This document shows positions 12,836 to 26,935 of a stretch of 64,000 bases of DNA, in pieces (within the stretch, counting starts at the first letter, position 1; each line of letters starts with the position of its first letter). A program made the position numbers and the translations under genes. The notes beneath the pieces were generated by a model, which was not told where the DNA came from, ran no database searches, and worked only from the letters and a program-made list of their open reading frames with translations. This DNA comes from Callorhinchus milii (taxonomy: Eukaryota): contig NW_024704753.1 in the NCBI RefSeq assembly GCF_018977255.1, positions 372,001 to 436,000 of the forward strand. The letters run 5' to 3'.

Positions 12836-15261
12836 CTTGATATCAGAAGACAATAAATATTAAATCATTGTAAAGATTCACTAAATAATGGATTACATGT
12901 ATGTAATGCATTAATATTTAACTACTTTTAATAAACAATAAAAACTATTTGACAATCAACAACCAGGATTTCTTTTTAAGAAGAAAACATGGGAACTGCA
13001 TGATAATTTGAGCAGTGCATGGTCAGGGAGTTTTCATTTTGTTTTGGCTAGAAAACTATCCTTATGATCCTAGAAAGATATTTCAGCAATCATGCTAAGG
13101 GAAAAGAAAATTAGCTAGCAACCCACAGGCAAAAGACCAAAATCTTGTAAATGGTAATTGAAAAAAGATTAAATTGCTTAAATTGGAGACGACTACGTGT
13201 ACAGATTATGTGAAGTTAATATTTTACACGAGCAGAATTCTGGTTTGCATTCAGTGCTAGAGGTTGGAAATCAGTGCTCAGTGCCTGTGTGCACTGCCAA
13301 TGTTAATCATGCTTTTCACAAAACTCACAGGTGGTCTTTGCTGCAATGTTTTGGAAGAATGTGCAAAAGATGGAAAGTAAGCGGAGACTTACTTTCTTTA
13401 CGAGAGAAGCAGCCTTCAAAAGAAATGGAAGGAGAAAACAAGGAGTTAAATAGAGGCCAGGATGAAAAGCTGCTTAATAATTTGGTAGAGAGGGGAAAAA
13501 GAAATGGGAGAGAAGGCTAAGCCATGTTGAAAACAAGAGAAAAGGAAAAGATAAAATGGACATGGAGTCATTAAAGAGATTTTAAAGCAGCTAACTGTAT
13601 AGTGAGTGAAGGTTTGCGTTCGACCTGTTTTTCTTCCCCTTATTATTAACATTATGGACAACAGAAAATATCTTGCATGCAGGAACCTGACACTGGCATA
13701 AATAACACTGGAACTATTGTGTTCAGATAGCCTATTTATTAAAGTAAGCATAGAAAATACTGTTGCTTTATAGTTTGCTGAGGGAAATGTGTAGGAACAA
13801 TATATCAAGAATTCGTACACAAATGGTAACAGAAAACGACAATGAAACATTCCTGTCAAATCTGCTGTAGTCTGATCATCTAGTTATTGCAATCCTTACC
13901 ATGAGAGGGAGATATGCACTCACAGACAACTGCAGAAGAAATCAAAGATATGAGTAGCTAAATATTCAAATAATCTGAATCAATCAATGGACAGTTTCCC
14001 CCTCAAAGAAAGTAAATGCTAATACACTTGAAACACAACATGTTGCACATTGGATATGAGCCTTTACTGCAATAAAGTAAGGAAACACAAGAGGTTACAG
14101 ATTTTAGGGTTCAAGATCTGCTGGAGATCGAATACTTATCATGTTTGTTGCATAATAAACAGATAGGATGATATCTATAACATGACTTAAAGGATTCATA
14201 GTTCATTGTCCAACAAAAATTCTAACCGAAATGTCACAAGCTTTTAAAATGGATTAAAACTTAAAACATATCACTTGATTGACTGAACATTTTTATTATG
14301 AATATTTCTAATGGATTTTAATGTACAGTAAACACCATCAGAATTCACTTTCAGCATCATATGGGTATCAACTGTATGGTCTGATTCAATTCTCCACTGT
14401 CACAATCCTTGCTAGATATAAATGTCTTATGTAGAATTACATAGACTGTATATCACTGAAACAGGCTAACTTGTTCATCAATATTTATGCTTCCCAAATG
14501 CCTTCACCCATCTTAATGCCCTCTTCCTACAGCAGCCTTCTATTCCCTTCCATTTGTGGACTTTAATTTTTCTGCATGCTCTGAATCGTTTCAGACTAAT
14601 CCCTATTCACTTCTCCTTTATGTATGCAGCACAGTTCTGTATAAAACACATTACTAGATTTGAATATACTTTTAAAGAAATGACCATTTAATATAAAGTT
14701 GAAGTAAAGAAGTTATTTGATCACATTGAATGATTTTCAGGATGTGGTGGTTAATGATTACTGACCAGTTTATCTTTCCAAAGCCAAATTTCTAAGAGAA
14801 AACATATGGGAAATTGTGGAGCAAATCAGACTGTTCTGTATGCTACATGCCACGTATTGCATACCATTAGAAATCTGACAACAGTTTTAACAAGCACACT
14901 GTGGCCCTACTTACCAACCTTCAAGCACAGATTAGTCTAAAAAGTTTCAGAGCAAGTAAAAAAATAAACCAATGGAAAATGTATTCTCCCTTTGAAGAAT
15001 ATGGACATGTATTTTTGGCAATCAGCCCTTTGCTGTACTAAACTCCCTTTAATACAGGATAGCTTTGAACTAACTCAACAAATCTGGATAAATACTTGAA
15101 AAATCCCAAATGAGACTGAATTTTGAACCATCATTGCCAGGAATAATATCTGCATTCTGGCAAACAATACTAGCAATTCTGCAAAATGTCACTTGTTTAT
15201 TTTATAGCTTGCCATAAATTAAGCACAAAACCTTTAGTATATTTGAAATAAATCAGTGATG

Positions 15262-15460
15262 CACAAGGAGTTGTTGAGGCAAATAGCATAGATATATTTA
15301 AGGGGAAGCTAGATAGGTGCATGAGGGAGAAAGGATAGAAGGTTATGCTTGAAGGCTTAGTTGAAGAGGGCAGGAGGAGGCTTATGTGGAGCATAAACAC
15401 CGACCTAAGCCAGTTGGGCCGTATGGCCTATTTCTGTGCTGTATATTCTAATGTATTCTA
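15262..15460 (+). mobile_element. CR1 LINE 3' end
   Basis: TTTAAGGGGAAGCTAGATAGGTGCATG...GGAGCATAAACACC...GTTGGGCCGTATGGCCTATTTCTGTGCTGTATATTCTA; related reverse copies at ~23710-23930 and ~30205-30420. Confidence 0.7.
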
Positions 15461-16294
15461 GTCCGAATTCCTTGCTCTTTCCAAGTTCTCTCTAATATCT
15501 TTCCTCTGCATGTGTTTATCTAATTCCCTTTGAAAAGTTATAAATGACTCTGCTCCACTAAGCAAATCCTAGCAAATCATTTCATATTCATATAACTATC
15601 TGGGTTATATACAATAAAATTAACAATTATATAGCACCTTTCACATTGGGAGGATGTTTCAAAGCACTCGAATGTACACAGCAATGACTTTCCTGCACAC
15701 AAATGAAAGACATTTTTCATACTTTTCATATGTTTACATTGAAGATGTACAAACTGATTGTAACACAAATATATAACATTTATAACCTTATATTTCTTTC
15801 TGTTCTCCAATTCTTTCTTAGCTTCTTTGGTGGCTCAATGACTTTTCCTGGTATTCTCTCCTTTACCACATTCTCTCTTTCCTCTGAGCTCTCTTCCCAT
15901 GCTGGCCCTGAACCATCTAGGCAACAACATTTAACTTTGGGAGTAAAGGAACAAAATAATAGCCAAATGAACCCCGAATATTTTTTTAAGTAGACAGAAA
16001 ACAGAGTAGTAGAAAATCTGGTGAATTGCCATCTTAGTGTCTTGAAGATGTGGAGTAAAGCACTGCTGTTTGCAAAATTTTAGAGCTTTTAAACGTTATA
16101 ATATTTTACAAAATGTAGAAATTTAAAAGTATTCATTATACTTTATAAACGTGGTGAACAATATTTGACAGACCATTCAATGGTTCTTGTACAATTATTC
16201 CTTCACTACTGCCATATTCTTACACTTTAATAGAACACCTTAGCTGTTCCAATATTTAACTGAAAATGTCTTAACTAGAATTTGATTTTGTTGC

Positions 16295-16575
16295 AAACAC
16301 CAACAACAAAATTACATTTGTATAATGCCATTCATGTTGGGAGGACGTCCCAAAGCACTGGGCAGACAGAGTTTCAAACCCGAACTGGGGATCGGGTTCG
16401 AGGAGGGTGGAGGGCAGGGGGGGGACACAGGGACATGGTCGAAGAGGAGGGTCTTGAAATGGGTCTTGAAGGAGGCAAGGGAGGGGGCAAGGCAGAGGGA
16501 GCAACTACCGGAGGGAGTTCCAGAGGGTGGGTGGGGGCAGAGTGGCAGAAGGCCCGCCCGCCAATAGTGGGGCAA
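16295..16575 (-). mobile_element. L2 LINE 3' end
   Basis: Reverse-strand TTCAAGACCCTCCTCTTCGACC and (GTT)n tail. Confidence 0.8.
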
Positions 16576-17611
16576 ACATCAGATTTAGAATCTATAATTA
16601 GCATCACTTAATTCTTTCAATAAAATGCAATTTCTTGCATTGTGCGCTATCCTCAGATTACAGTCCAACACAAAGTCATTGTATATTAGAAATATGATTT
16701 GCTTCTGTATAACCTTTTTAAAAAAAAATTAAACTCACAATAACATTGAAAAAGTTTTTTTTCCCCAAACAAAGCATTTTAAAGCTCCTGGCCAAAGGTA
16801 GATCTGTTTTACAGATAAATTGGAAGAGTTGTCAGATTAATTTCCTGTCTGTGTGAAAATACTGCAGCTTTGCCTTATTTCATCAGTAATTCAATACAAA
16901 CAGCAGTCAAATAAACCTGGCACCAGGAAAGATTAAAAATAAGGCTAACACACATTGTTTCATTTAAGCTTCTATTGATTCCTCATGTGTCGTCTCAAAG
17001 GAAATATTCCAGATTCCTTATTCACATAACCTGATAAAAGCGTTTAAATCTCAAAACGTAGCTGCAGTTAATGGGCAAACGTGTCTTTTAGTTCTCAGAT
17101 TAATTTATTCAATGAAAACACTCAGTGCTGAACTTTGCTGCTAAAGTGAGATACAAAACCTAAAAAACACAAGAAATACTAAGGCTGTATTCTTTACTAC
17201 TAGGTTGCAATTTCTGTTGTGGAGACCACTTCGTCTGAGAATCTGGGATCAATTTAAGGATAAGTCTTCCCCAAACCCAAAGGACAAGAGAAATTCAACA
17301 GGTATGAAGTTACAATTTTATTTAAGGCTGGAATGAAGACCCATTGCACAATCTATTTTATATTGTTCTTAGGTATTTCTACATGGTAATAGAGGGATAT
17401 GGTTTCTTACATTTCTATGAATTAGTTTTTAAAAAAATTCTTAAGGATTTCAAAATGCACATTTAAACTGTAATACGTCGATAAAACTGTAAATTTAAAA
17501 GCAAAGGAAACCAATGTTGACCTTGAAATGAACTTTATAAACTTTTTCCTGGATAGGAAATGCTCTACAAAATGACTGTACTCAAACAGTCTCAAAAGTT
17601 TACTTCAGTGG

Positions 17612-18080
17612 TTAATAATAAAAATAATAATAATCCTTGCATTTGATATAGCGCTTTTCATGTCGGGAGGACGTCCCAAAGCGCTTCACAGAACACACTG
17701 TAAAGTGAATTGACTGTATATTTGTGGGCGAACGCGGCAGCCAATGGCGCACAGCAATGTCCCACAAACAGTCGTGGATTGAAAATGACCAATTTATTAT
17801 TGTTTTTGGTTTTGGAGGGATTATTATTAGGCTCTGTGTGGAGTAAGGAAACTTGCTCCAGTTTCGGCATGGCCGAAGAGGAGGGTCTTGAGGAGGGACT
17901 TGAAGGAGGCTAAGGAGGGGGCGAGGCAGAGTGACTGGAGGATGGAATTCCAGAGGTGGGGGGCAGAGTGGCTGAAGGCTCTCCCGCCAATGGTGGGGCG
18001 GGTGGGGCGGTGACGTGGAGCAGCCAGAGCCGGCTGAGCGGAGGGAACGGGCAGGTTGGTAGGGGGTATGTATGTGAGGA
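17612..18080 (-). mobile_element. L2 3' fragment joined to a SINE 3' half
   Basis: 17870-18080 is L2-like; 17612-17860 is a SINE body/tail nearly identical to 42235-42420. Confidence 0.8.
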
Positions 18081-18849
18081 CCAGGATATATATTCCTGAT
18101 TTCTCTCACGAATAAGCGATGGAGATTCTGGTCAGACAGAATCANTTTTTGAAACTTACATTGATAATCTGCCACAATATAGTCATAACAATCAATGCAA
18201 GTGAGAATTACAGGAATTATTGGCAAAGCTTTTAATTATTTGGCAGAACTGTATTGATGTTGAACTATTTCATGAGTTTGAAATGTTACAAAATATTTTA
18301 TTTCATCAATATTTCATAGTTAAATTACAGTCACTGACTAGTGGAATCAAGGTCAGCTATATATGTTGCTCCATTTGAGTCAGAGTAATGGGAGTTCATT
18401 CTTAAAAATCAAATTTTAGAAATGAAAGGGATATGATTTAGCTCAGAAATATACATTTCAAATAACTTCATTATGTACAATGATTTCAAAATTCCTGTCT
18501 GACCCGAGACCAACTTGCTATTTAGTATCATATAGTATTATATCGTTAATACTTTGCTTAGTATTAAATGTAATCCTCATTTATTTTACTTGCTTTCCAA
18601 AAAATGTTTAAAACACAGTCCATATAAAAATAATTTTGATTGGGAAAATCAAATCAAATATTTGCATTCATCAATTTAAAGTAAGCCACAGAAAAAAAAT
18701 CAGGAACACCAACATAACAGACACCTGTGTAGTGTCACAGAACAATTCTTTTACAAACAAACACAGGCACTTTTGAGATTAATTAAACTATGCAAAAAGG
18801 TAAACCCATTGTCAAAAGAAAAACAAGCAAGACACGATTGTTTTAAAAG

Positions 18850-20150
18850 AATCCACTAAAAAGCAAGACAAAGCTAAATAATAATGAGACACCATGGACG
18901 AATAAAGACATAAGGGAAAAGTTGAAACTCTGGAAAAAGGCGGTCACTAAGTACGTAAACAACAAGGGAGAGCATGACNAAAAAATACAAAGAGGTCAGG
19001 AGAATAGTCAAAAAAACAATTAAGACGGCAAAGAGAAATTATGAAATTAAATTATCAAGCAATATAAAAAGAAATAGTAAATTATTCTACAGACATATAA
19101 ATAACAAAAGAAAAATCAAAATAGGAATAGGGCGACTAAGGGATGGACAAGATAAACTCACAGGCCGCAACAGCAAAATGGCAAAAATAATTACTTTATC
19201 TCAGTATTCACCAAGGAGACGGATCAGGTGGACATGTTAGTATAAGAAGAGATCGAAAATAATATAAATACATTTAAGATACAAAAGGGGGGATATATTC
19301 CTCAGAGAGGATAAAATCTCCTGGCCCAGATGGATTGCATCCGGGTATATTAAAAGAATCGAGGGAAGCGATAGCAGATGCACTATTACACATATATAAT
19401 AACTCATTAGAAAAGGGAGGAGTGCCAGAGGACTGGAGCATAGCTAATGTCATACCTATATTTAAAAAGGGAGATAGAACAAGCTCAGGGAACTATAGAC
19501 CTGTCAGCTTAACATCGGTGTTAGGAAAGAAATTGGAATCTTACTGAAGGAGGTAATAGAAAAACATCTAGAAATGGAAAACATAATAAAGAATAGTCAG
19601 CACGGGTTTCAAAAAGGAAGGTCATGCTTGACCAATCTCATTGAATTCTTTGAAGGAGTAACAGAAAGAGTAGACAAGGGGAATGCGGTATAGATGTAAT
19701 ATATTTAGATTACCAAAATGTGTTTGATAAGGTACCACATAATAGACTAATGAATAAGGTCAGGGCATGTGCAGTCCGGGAAAAATAGCAGAATGGATAG
19801 CAAGCTGCTACAAACAGAAAACAGAGAGTAGGGGTAAAGGGTAGCTACTCAAATTGACAGAGGGTTGGCAGTGGTGTTCCACAAGGATCGATACTGGGAC
19901 CCACCGTTGTTCACAATATACATTAATGATTTGGATTCAGGAATCAGCAGTACAATTTCAAAATCTGTGGACGACACCAAATTGGGGGAAAGTAGTTAAT
20001 ACAGAGGAGGACGGCAACAAATTATAGCAAGACATTAATAAACTTGCTGAGTGGGCATTTAAATGGCAAATGCATTTCAATGTAGAAAAGTGTGAGGTGG
20101 TACATTTTGGTAGAAGGAATAAGGAAGTCACATACATCCTGGAAAATAAA
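18850..20150 (+). mobile_element. Degenerate CR1-type LINE ORF2 (reverse transcriptase) fragment
   Basis: HPGILKE...VPEDWSIANVIPIFKKGDR...NYRPVSLTSVLGK, SQHGF.KGRSCLTNLIEFF, GVPQGS.LGP, DDTKLG; stops and frameshifts. Confidence 0.92.
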
Positions 20151-20384
20151 AACCTCTAAAGCTGCTACATGAATGTTTATACATGACATTATTGTTGCCT
20201 AATGAGTAGTTAAAAATAAATTTAAAATATTCGTCCATGGTCGTGCTCTAGAAACTAATCAAAACTCTTAATTGTGTTGACCAGATTTATTATTGTATGT
20301 TCAAAAGATTATTCTTAAACATAATTTAATTTGTGATGGTAAATAGGAAATCAAATTCAAGAAATGTAAAGATTGTATATGTCT

Positions 20385-20730
20385 GGCTCAGTTTTCAGCA
20401 CTCTCGCCTCAGAGTCAGGAGTTTGTGAATGTGGGTCACATATTGGGACTTTGAACTTGCATTGTCTAAGCTGACACTCAAGTTTAGTGCTGGGGAGTGC
20501 TGCATTATTGGAAGTGATGTATTTCAGATGTGACGTTAAACCAAGGTCCTATCTGCCTATCAGGTGGACATTCAAGATCCCATGGCAAAATTTGAAGAGA
20601 AGGGAGATTTTACCAGTGTCCTGGCCAACAAATCCCCTAATAAAATTTATCGTTATCGTCATGGCTGTTTGTGGGACATTGCTGTGTGCATATAAGCTTC
20701 TGCATTCGCCTACAAATACAATAATAAATC
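20385..20730 (+). mobile_element. Deu-domain SINE (SacSINE/AmnSINE-like)
   Basis: GGCTCAGTT...GCACTCTCGCCTCAGAGTCAG head, then GACGTTAAACCAAGG...CAGGTGGACATTCAAGATCCCATGGCA...GTGTCCTGGCCAA core. Confidence 0.75.
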
Positions 20731-20941
20731 TACAATACAATCTAGCCATGGTAGAAAGAGTCCACTTGTATTGGCATTAGTTACATGGTGTCATTTGAAG
20801 AGATAGCAATATTGAATTGATTCTGTTGACAATATATCACTTGTATCACTGTCACTACTCATTACTGTTAAATGTTTCTTGGAAGATTCACTAACTTTTT
20901 TTATATTAATTTCAATTTTAACAGAGCAAAGTGACAACACA

Positions 20942-22331
20942 ATGGCCTTCACAACAAGGCTATCAATATTAATATTTCTATTCAACACAAACATTCTTTG
21001 CCAAGTTGAATGTGATGATCCATTGCCGCCTCCTCCCCCTCCACAGTTTCGAACAAGTGCACAGTATCATTTCCCATACATACATCAATCGTTTCAATGT
21101 GCCAGTGAATGCCGTTGTTCACCATTCTTTCCTTTTGCCATGTACTGTGAGAGTCGGAAGCTAAAGTACATTCCCAATATCCCAGCAGGTACACACTATT
21201 TATACCTGCAGCACAATGAGATAGAAGCAGTACCCGAGAAGGCGTTCATCAATGCCACATCCCTTCAAGAAATCCACCTCAGTTACAACAAAATAAAATC
21301 TTCCATGATAGACAAAGGTGTATTTGGGAGGCTAAAATCCCTTGTTCATCTTCACCTGGAACACAACAAATTGGATAAAGTTCCAAGTCCTCTGCCAAGC
21401 TCACTTGAAAGACTTTTCTTAGGTTTCAACAAGATAAGCAAGCTGCCTGGGGACACTTTTCATGGATTGGTTAACATTACCATGTTGAATCTCTGCAATA
21501 ACCAACTCACCGATGGTTCCTTCAAGGGAAATATTCTTGCAAGAATGAAGAGCCTCATGCAGGTAAACCTATGTAACAACAAGCTGAAATCTATGCCAGC
21601 AGAACTCCCAGCCTCTCTTTTGCAGCTTTCAGTGGAAAACAACTCTATATCATCTCTCCCACCAAATTACTTCAAGAAAGTTCCACACCTCATCTCATTA
21701 AGGATGGCGCATAATAAACTGAAAGAAGTTCCATATGCTGTATTCAACCTCTCAAATCTGCTGGAGCTGAACATGGGGTACAACAAACTAAGTCAAGCCT
21801 TCTACATTCCCAGGCGTTTGGAACACTTGTACCTCAACCATAACCATTTTACAAGTATGAGAAATGTCCTATTATATTTTCAGTAATTAAGTGCCACAAT
21901 TTAAAAATATATAAAAATATAAGCAGCTTACTCCTTGCATTGCTCTATTTGCTTCACTTATAAGTAAAATACAAACATGAAGAGGCAATAACAAACAAAA
22001 ACGAGTGGCAGTGGTACATTTTTTAAACAAAAAATTCTATTGCAGATTTCTATTAATGTTTATTTTTTCCTCCCCAGGGTTTAATATTACACTGATGTGT
22101 CCTACAACTGATTTACAGAACCCAAAACAACTGACCTACATGCGAGTTGACAAAAATATGTTGACACGTAGGTTTGATGCGTTCCTGTTCGCTTGCTTCC
22201 CCCGGTTACAAGCTTTGGTTTATGGTGAACAGAATGTTGCACCAACTGCTGAACATCGAAGAGAGCCTCGACTGTTTGGGATGCCAGTCACATCACCCGA
22301 TGGAGAACCAGACAATCCTCTCCCTTACTAA
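20942..22331 (+). CDS. OMD: Class II SLRP osteomodulin/osteoadherin (~388 aa, 2 coding exons)
   Basis: Exons 20942-21854 and 22078-22331 (phase 1, GT-AG). Signal peptide, CX3CXCX9C (CASECRCSPFFPFAMYC), LRRs, C-terminal NITLMCP...LTYMRVDKN...FACFP...YGEQ matching OMD; lies between ASPN and OGN. Confidence 0.92.
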
Positions 22332-25300
22332 TCTTACCCCAATGTACTGAAGGCTTCTGAAGCAAAGATTGCGATTCTTGTGGTTCCCATTTGTTAATAC
22401 AAGCCTTGCTTTCTCCCATGGTTAACCTAAATCATTGAGGTAAGATGTGTCTACGGAAAATTTCATATTGTGCTTCAACAATCATGTAGCAAGTCAAATA
22501 AATACATGACTTGACATGATTACATAGTTAAGCATAGGTTCATATACTTTATGATAATAAGTTAGACAAACATGTGCGCCATGAATGCCAGTAATTATTT
22601 GTTGTAATTTCAGGTCAAGGTCTAGACCAAGCATGTTTAAAAATAACCAAATTAACCAATTTTAACAATGTTCTGGAAGTTTATCTTATTGACTAAAAAG
22701 GCAGGAAAATTTGCTAGTCTCACTTAGGTCACCTGCGAGAGAGAGAGTTTAATAAACTCAAAACTACGAGATTTAAGTTTATGGGCTCCAGGGAATTGTA
22801 TCCCAACAGAAGAAAAAAAAGTCAAAAAATGCTTTCATGAGTGGGGAATTGGAGAAAATTGGAAGAGAATTTTTTTTTAAAAACCTCTGATTTAAGGACT
22901 AATTAATATTTGTAAACCTGCCCATGGAGTTGGCAATTCCACCCAAACAGCAGCATTCCATAACCAATACTGGCACCTTCCCTGTTAGAATTAGAAAATA
23001 ACCTCGCAAGTTATAATTTGTTGTAGAAAAATATTAAAATACAAAATAAAATTACAAATAGTCCCCTCAAGATCCTCCTGCCGAGGACTACTATTTTTTT
23101 GAGCTCCCTCACCACAGCTGAATCTCTGCAATAACCAACTCACTGATGCTGCAGCTTTTTATTCAACTCTTCAGGGAAGCCACAGTCTGAGTAGTTCTGG
23201 GTGCAACTATGGAATCACCCACCAAGGACAACACATTTAAAGAAAGGTTTCTTCTGAACATCAATTATGTTAATTGGGGTTTAGTAATGTATTGTCCTTT
23301 TTTTCCTGGCACAGTTCCATTGACTACACAGTTTCACATGAGTTATGCACTCATGTTTTTCAAAGCTCATACACTATTTTAAATATTGAATCAATGACAG
23401 TTTTACAACTGTGGCTCCACTTGGTATTAGTTTATCAGTGATTGCAACTTGTAGCAAAAAAGCATAATTTATATATGATATATTTTACATGTAGCCATGC
23501 TAAAAATTTTGTTTAGCTCAATGTATCCATCTTCATGCTTTCTACTAATTAATGTTTTCTCTTACTTTACGATGAAGATGAAAGATCCACCTTCATCACT
23601 CCTATATTTTTATTTTACTAAATAAAATTTAATGTATGGAAAAGTCACTGGTATTGTCTTCTCTTTATGGAGTCAAAATGTTAGGGAGGAAAAAAAGTCA
23701 AGAACCTACATAGAATGATACACATTACCATCGAAATAGGCCACTTGGACCAACTAGTCCATGCTGATGTTTATACCCCAAAGAAGTCTCTACCAATCCT
23801 AATTACCCCTCCCCGGTCTCCCTCCATGCTACTATATTCCCTTATTTCTCATGAACACATTGAGTTTTCTCTTAATTACATTAATGCTTTAGGCTTCAAC
23901 TATAGGTTGTGGCAATGAGTTCCATATATTCACCTAAATCCTTTCAGGGCAACAAGAAATGTTGTTGATATATTTGCATTATAATTTAATTTGAATTGCA
24001 AGTTAAACATAACATTGATTGAACTATAATTTTCCTGTTACTTTTATGAGAGCCTGCACAATGGCAATGAATGTTTAAGTGCTAAAGATGAGATATGGAG
24101 GAAGGAACAAATAGAAATTGAGTCCTTGTCTCACTTATTTGCTGATCTAAATGATGTCAAGTGTGGAGTTGCTGCTTCCTGAGGGGAAGCCATGCCTAGA
24201 CAATACCTGGCAGCTATAAGTGACTGTGAGCAGGCTGACCCTCAGTTTCTCAGGTGCTTTTCAGACATTATTCTTGTCAGACAGAACAAAGATGAGGAAT
24301 AATTTATAAACAACATACCTGTAACTTTTTCATGTAAAAAAAGACCAAAACATTGAAATAAATGCCTGGATTATTAACCACCAATCTGAGTTCTGAGAGC
24401 ATAAAGGAGTTTGAAGTATTTAGGAAAGAAACAACAGCAAAATGGAACTGATCTCAGCAGGCTTGGAACTCTAACATCACAGGTTTGAACAGCAAAAGGT
24501 TTGTTCTTAATTGGGTGTAATCTCAATAAACCTTTTCATTTCATGGCAAATATTTCTCAAATTATTGAACTCTTAAAAACAGGATATTGAAACCATTCCA
24601 AATGACATCATGTCTTCTGTAGAATACTGTCTTGGCTACAGTAACATCAACAGCTGGATTCTCTGCCAATTCGCCCAACGTTCTTAAACCAGCCATACAA
24701 TCAGATTTAACAGCACTAATTTGTTTTGAAATACCATCTCATTTCAATTTGGCATTCACCAAAACTAAAGGAAAAGAAAGCACAGAAGGGAGGGTTCCCA
24801 ATTTAATATAATTGTCCATCCTCCATAATAAATCAAGGTCATTTTGAAAACAGATTGAAATGTTTACAATTCGATGCCATTTGATTGATTGAGCTGCTCA
24901 TAGTTCTAGTCCTTTTGTTCTCAGTTTGATCCATCATTTTAAGCCCTCTCTCTGCATGAAGCCAATCAGTTGATATCAGATCTGGGAATACCATTTAGTG
25001 CTTCCACATAGAATACCTTATATCAGCATTGCTTCCTGTCTAAAAACCAAGCCGAAGGCATCTTGAGCTGGGAATATTCAGTAGCAATAAGGCATACAAA
25101 GCATGATATCTCAAAGTGCTTGACACTGGTAGCTGGACACCCAAGTTGGGGGGAGGGAGCTCAAGATAGCGGGAGAAAGTCAGATAACCAATAATTCATA
25201 TATTTGTTACCGACATTGAAAAATACCCAAATTTTAAGAATTGTGAAGTTCTGCTATTCTGGATCTGTTCCAGTTCAGTCACTGACAGGAAAAGTAAATC

Positions 25301-25924
25301 ATGCAGCCCAGAGAGCCTCCACTTGCTTCAGTGGAGGCAGATCCTTGGGAGCAGCTTGGGCGTTAACAGACAGCTATCCAGCGTGCAGTAATTTCCAGCT
25401 GGTAATGTGCTTGTGTGGGTCAGTCTGAAGCATCAGCCTTGATTGAGGTAAATGGAGCTACTCTGGGCCCCTTGGCTCTAGTCTGCAATAACGGTAAATG
25501 TATAAATATTTCCAAAAGCCAGCTTTAGTTTCTTTATGCTTCCACACTTTGTTTTGCTCTCTGGCTACACATAAGCATTGCAACTCCTACTCCTTTTACA
25601 CATAACAGATGAAGCACATCTGACATCTCAATTATTTAATCACATATCACTGCATATTCTACAACAAGAAGGAGTTGAGATACAATCAAAGTTCCATGTT
25701 AATCAAATCAACATTTATTGATGGATTTAATAGGTCATTTCAATTCCTTTTTGGCAATTTCATTTTCCACCATCGGGTGCCAATGTTCATTGTCTGATAT
25801 ATTTTTCTCCTCAAGAGATATTGTTTTATTTGTGGCCAACACACAGAAAATAATTGAGACACGATAAATTTATTTGCTGTTGTATGTATTTCAAGTGACT
25901 GTGTTTATCAAGCTGAGAATGTGT

Positions 25925-26282
25925 GTCAGCCTGGCTTGGTTGGTAGCACTCTCGCCTGAGTCAGAAGGTTTAAAGCCCAATGTTGGATTTTGGAACCCAT
26001 ATAATCTAAGCTGACACTCTAGTGCAATGCTGGGGTTTACTGCATTGTCGGTGGTGCTGGCCTTCGAATAAGAAGCTAAACCAGGTGGACGTTAAAGGTC
26101 CCATGGCACTATCAAAACGAGAAGGGGGTTTCTCTCAGTGTTCTAGCCAATAATCACCCAATTGGTTACTCACTCCAAGGTTGTTTGTGGGACAATCCTG
26201 TGTACAAATTGATTGCTGCGTTCACCCACAAAATACAGTTACACCACAATGCCACAAATACTATATCAAATGCAAGGATTTT
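25925..26282 (+). mobile_element. Deu-domain SINE
   Basis: Same head and core as 20385-20730, ending CTATATCAAATGCAAGGATT. Confidence 0.75.
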
Positions 26283-26399
26283 CAAATATCAGATACCAGA
26301 ATACTTCTGTTTGGACATCTAGTGTCAGTATTGAGCACTCCAGGCTCCAGGTAAAATACAGCTCAATTCAGATTGAAACTCCCTCTGCCCAACACGATT

Positions 26400-26935
26400 G
26401 ACAACAACAAGAACTTGGAATTATATAGCACCCTCCACGCCGGACGGCGTCTCATAGCGCTTCACAGTAACGGATCCCGAGGCCGAGCCAGGGGGAAGGG
26501 GGGGAAGGTGACCAAAGGCGCGGTCAAAAAGGTCTTCAGCAGAGACCTGAAAATAGGAAGAGAGGGGCCGAGGTGAAGGGAATGAGGAAGGGAGTTCCAG
26601 AGCCTCGGGGCATAGTGGCTGAAGGCACGGCCACCGAGGGTGGAGCGGAGGACTCGGGGGACAAGGAGGAGGCCAGACCCAGAGGAACGAAGGCAAGTTT
26701 TGAGGAGCGAGGTCGGGGGGTGCAGAGAAATGGAGGGATTTGAAGACTAGGGTGATGATCTTGAAGTCGATCCTCTCTGGGATAGGCAGCCAGTGCAGTC
26801 TGGCAAGGACTGGGGTAATCGGGGAGCGGAGTTTGGTGCAGGTGAGAATGCGGGCAGCAGAGTTTTGAATGATCTGGATTTTATGAATGGTAGTGGAGGG
26901 GAGACCGGCGAGGAGGGCGTTTGAATAGTCCAGCC
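26400..26935 (-). mobile_element. L2 LINE 3' fragment
   Basis: Reverse-strand ATCCAGATCATTCAAAACTCTGCTGCCCGC...CTGCACTGGCTGCCTATC...GACTTCAAGATC and (GTT)n tail. Confidence 0.8.

Noticed and set aside
20879-20941. N-terminal extension of the OMD ORF
   Set aside because: It starts at a non-ATG codon within the intron polypyrimidine tract; the acceptor is at 20924 and the true ATG at 20942.
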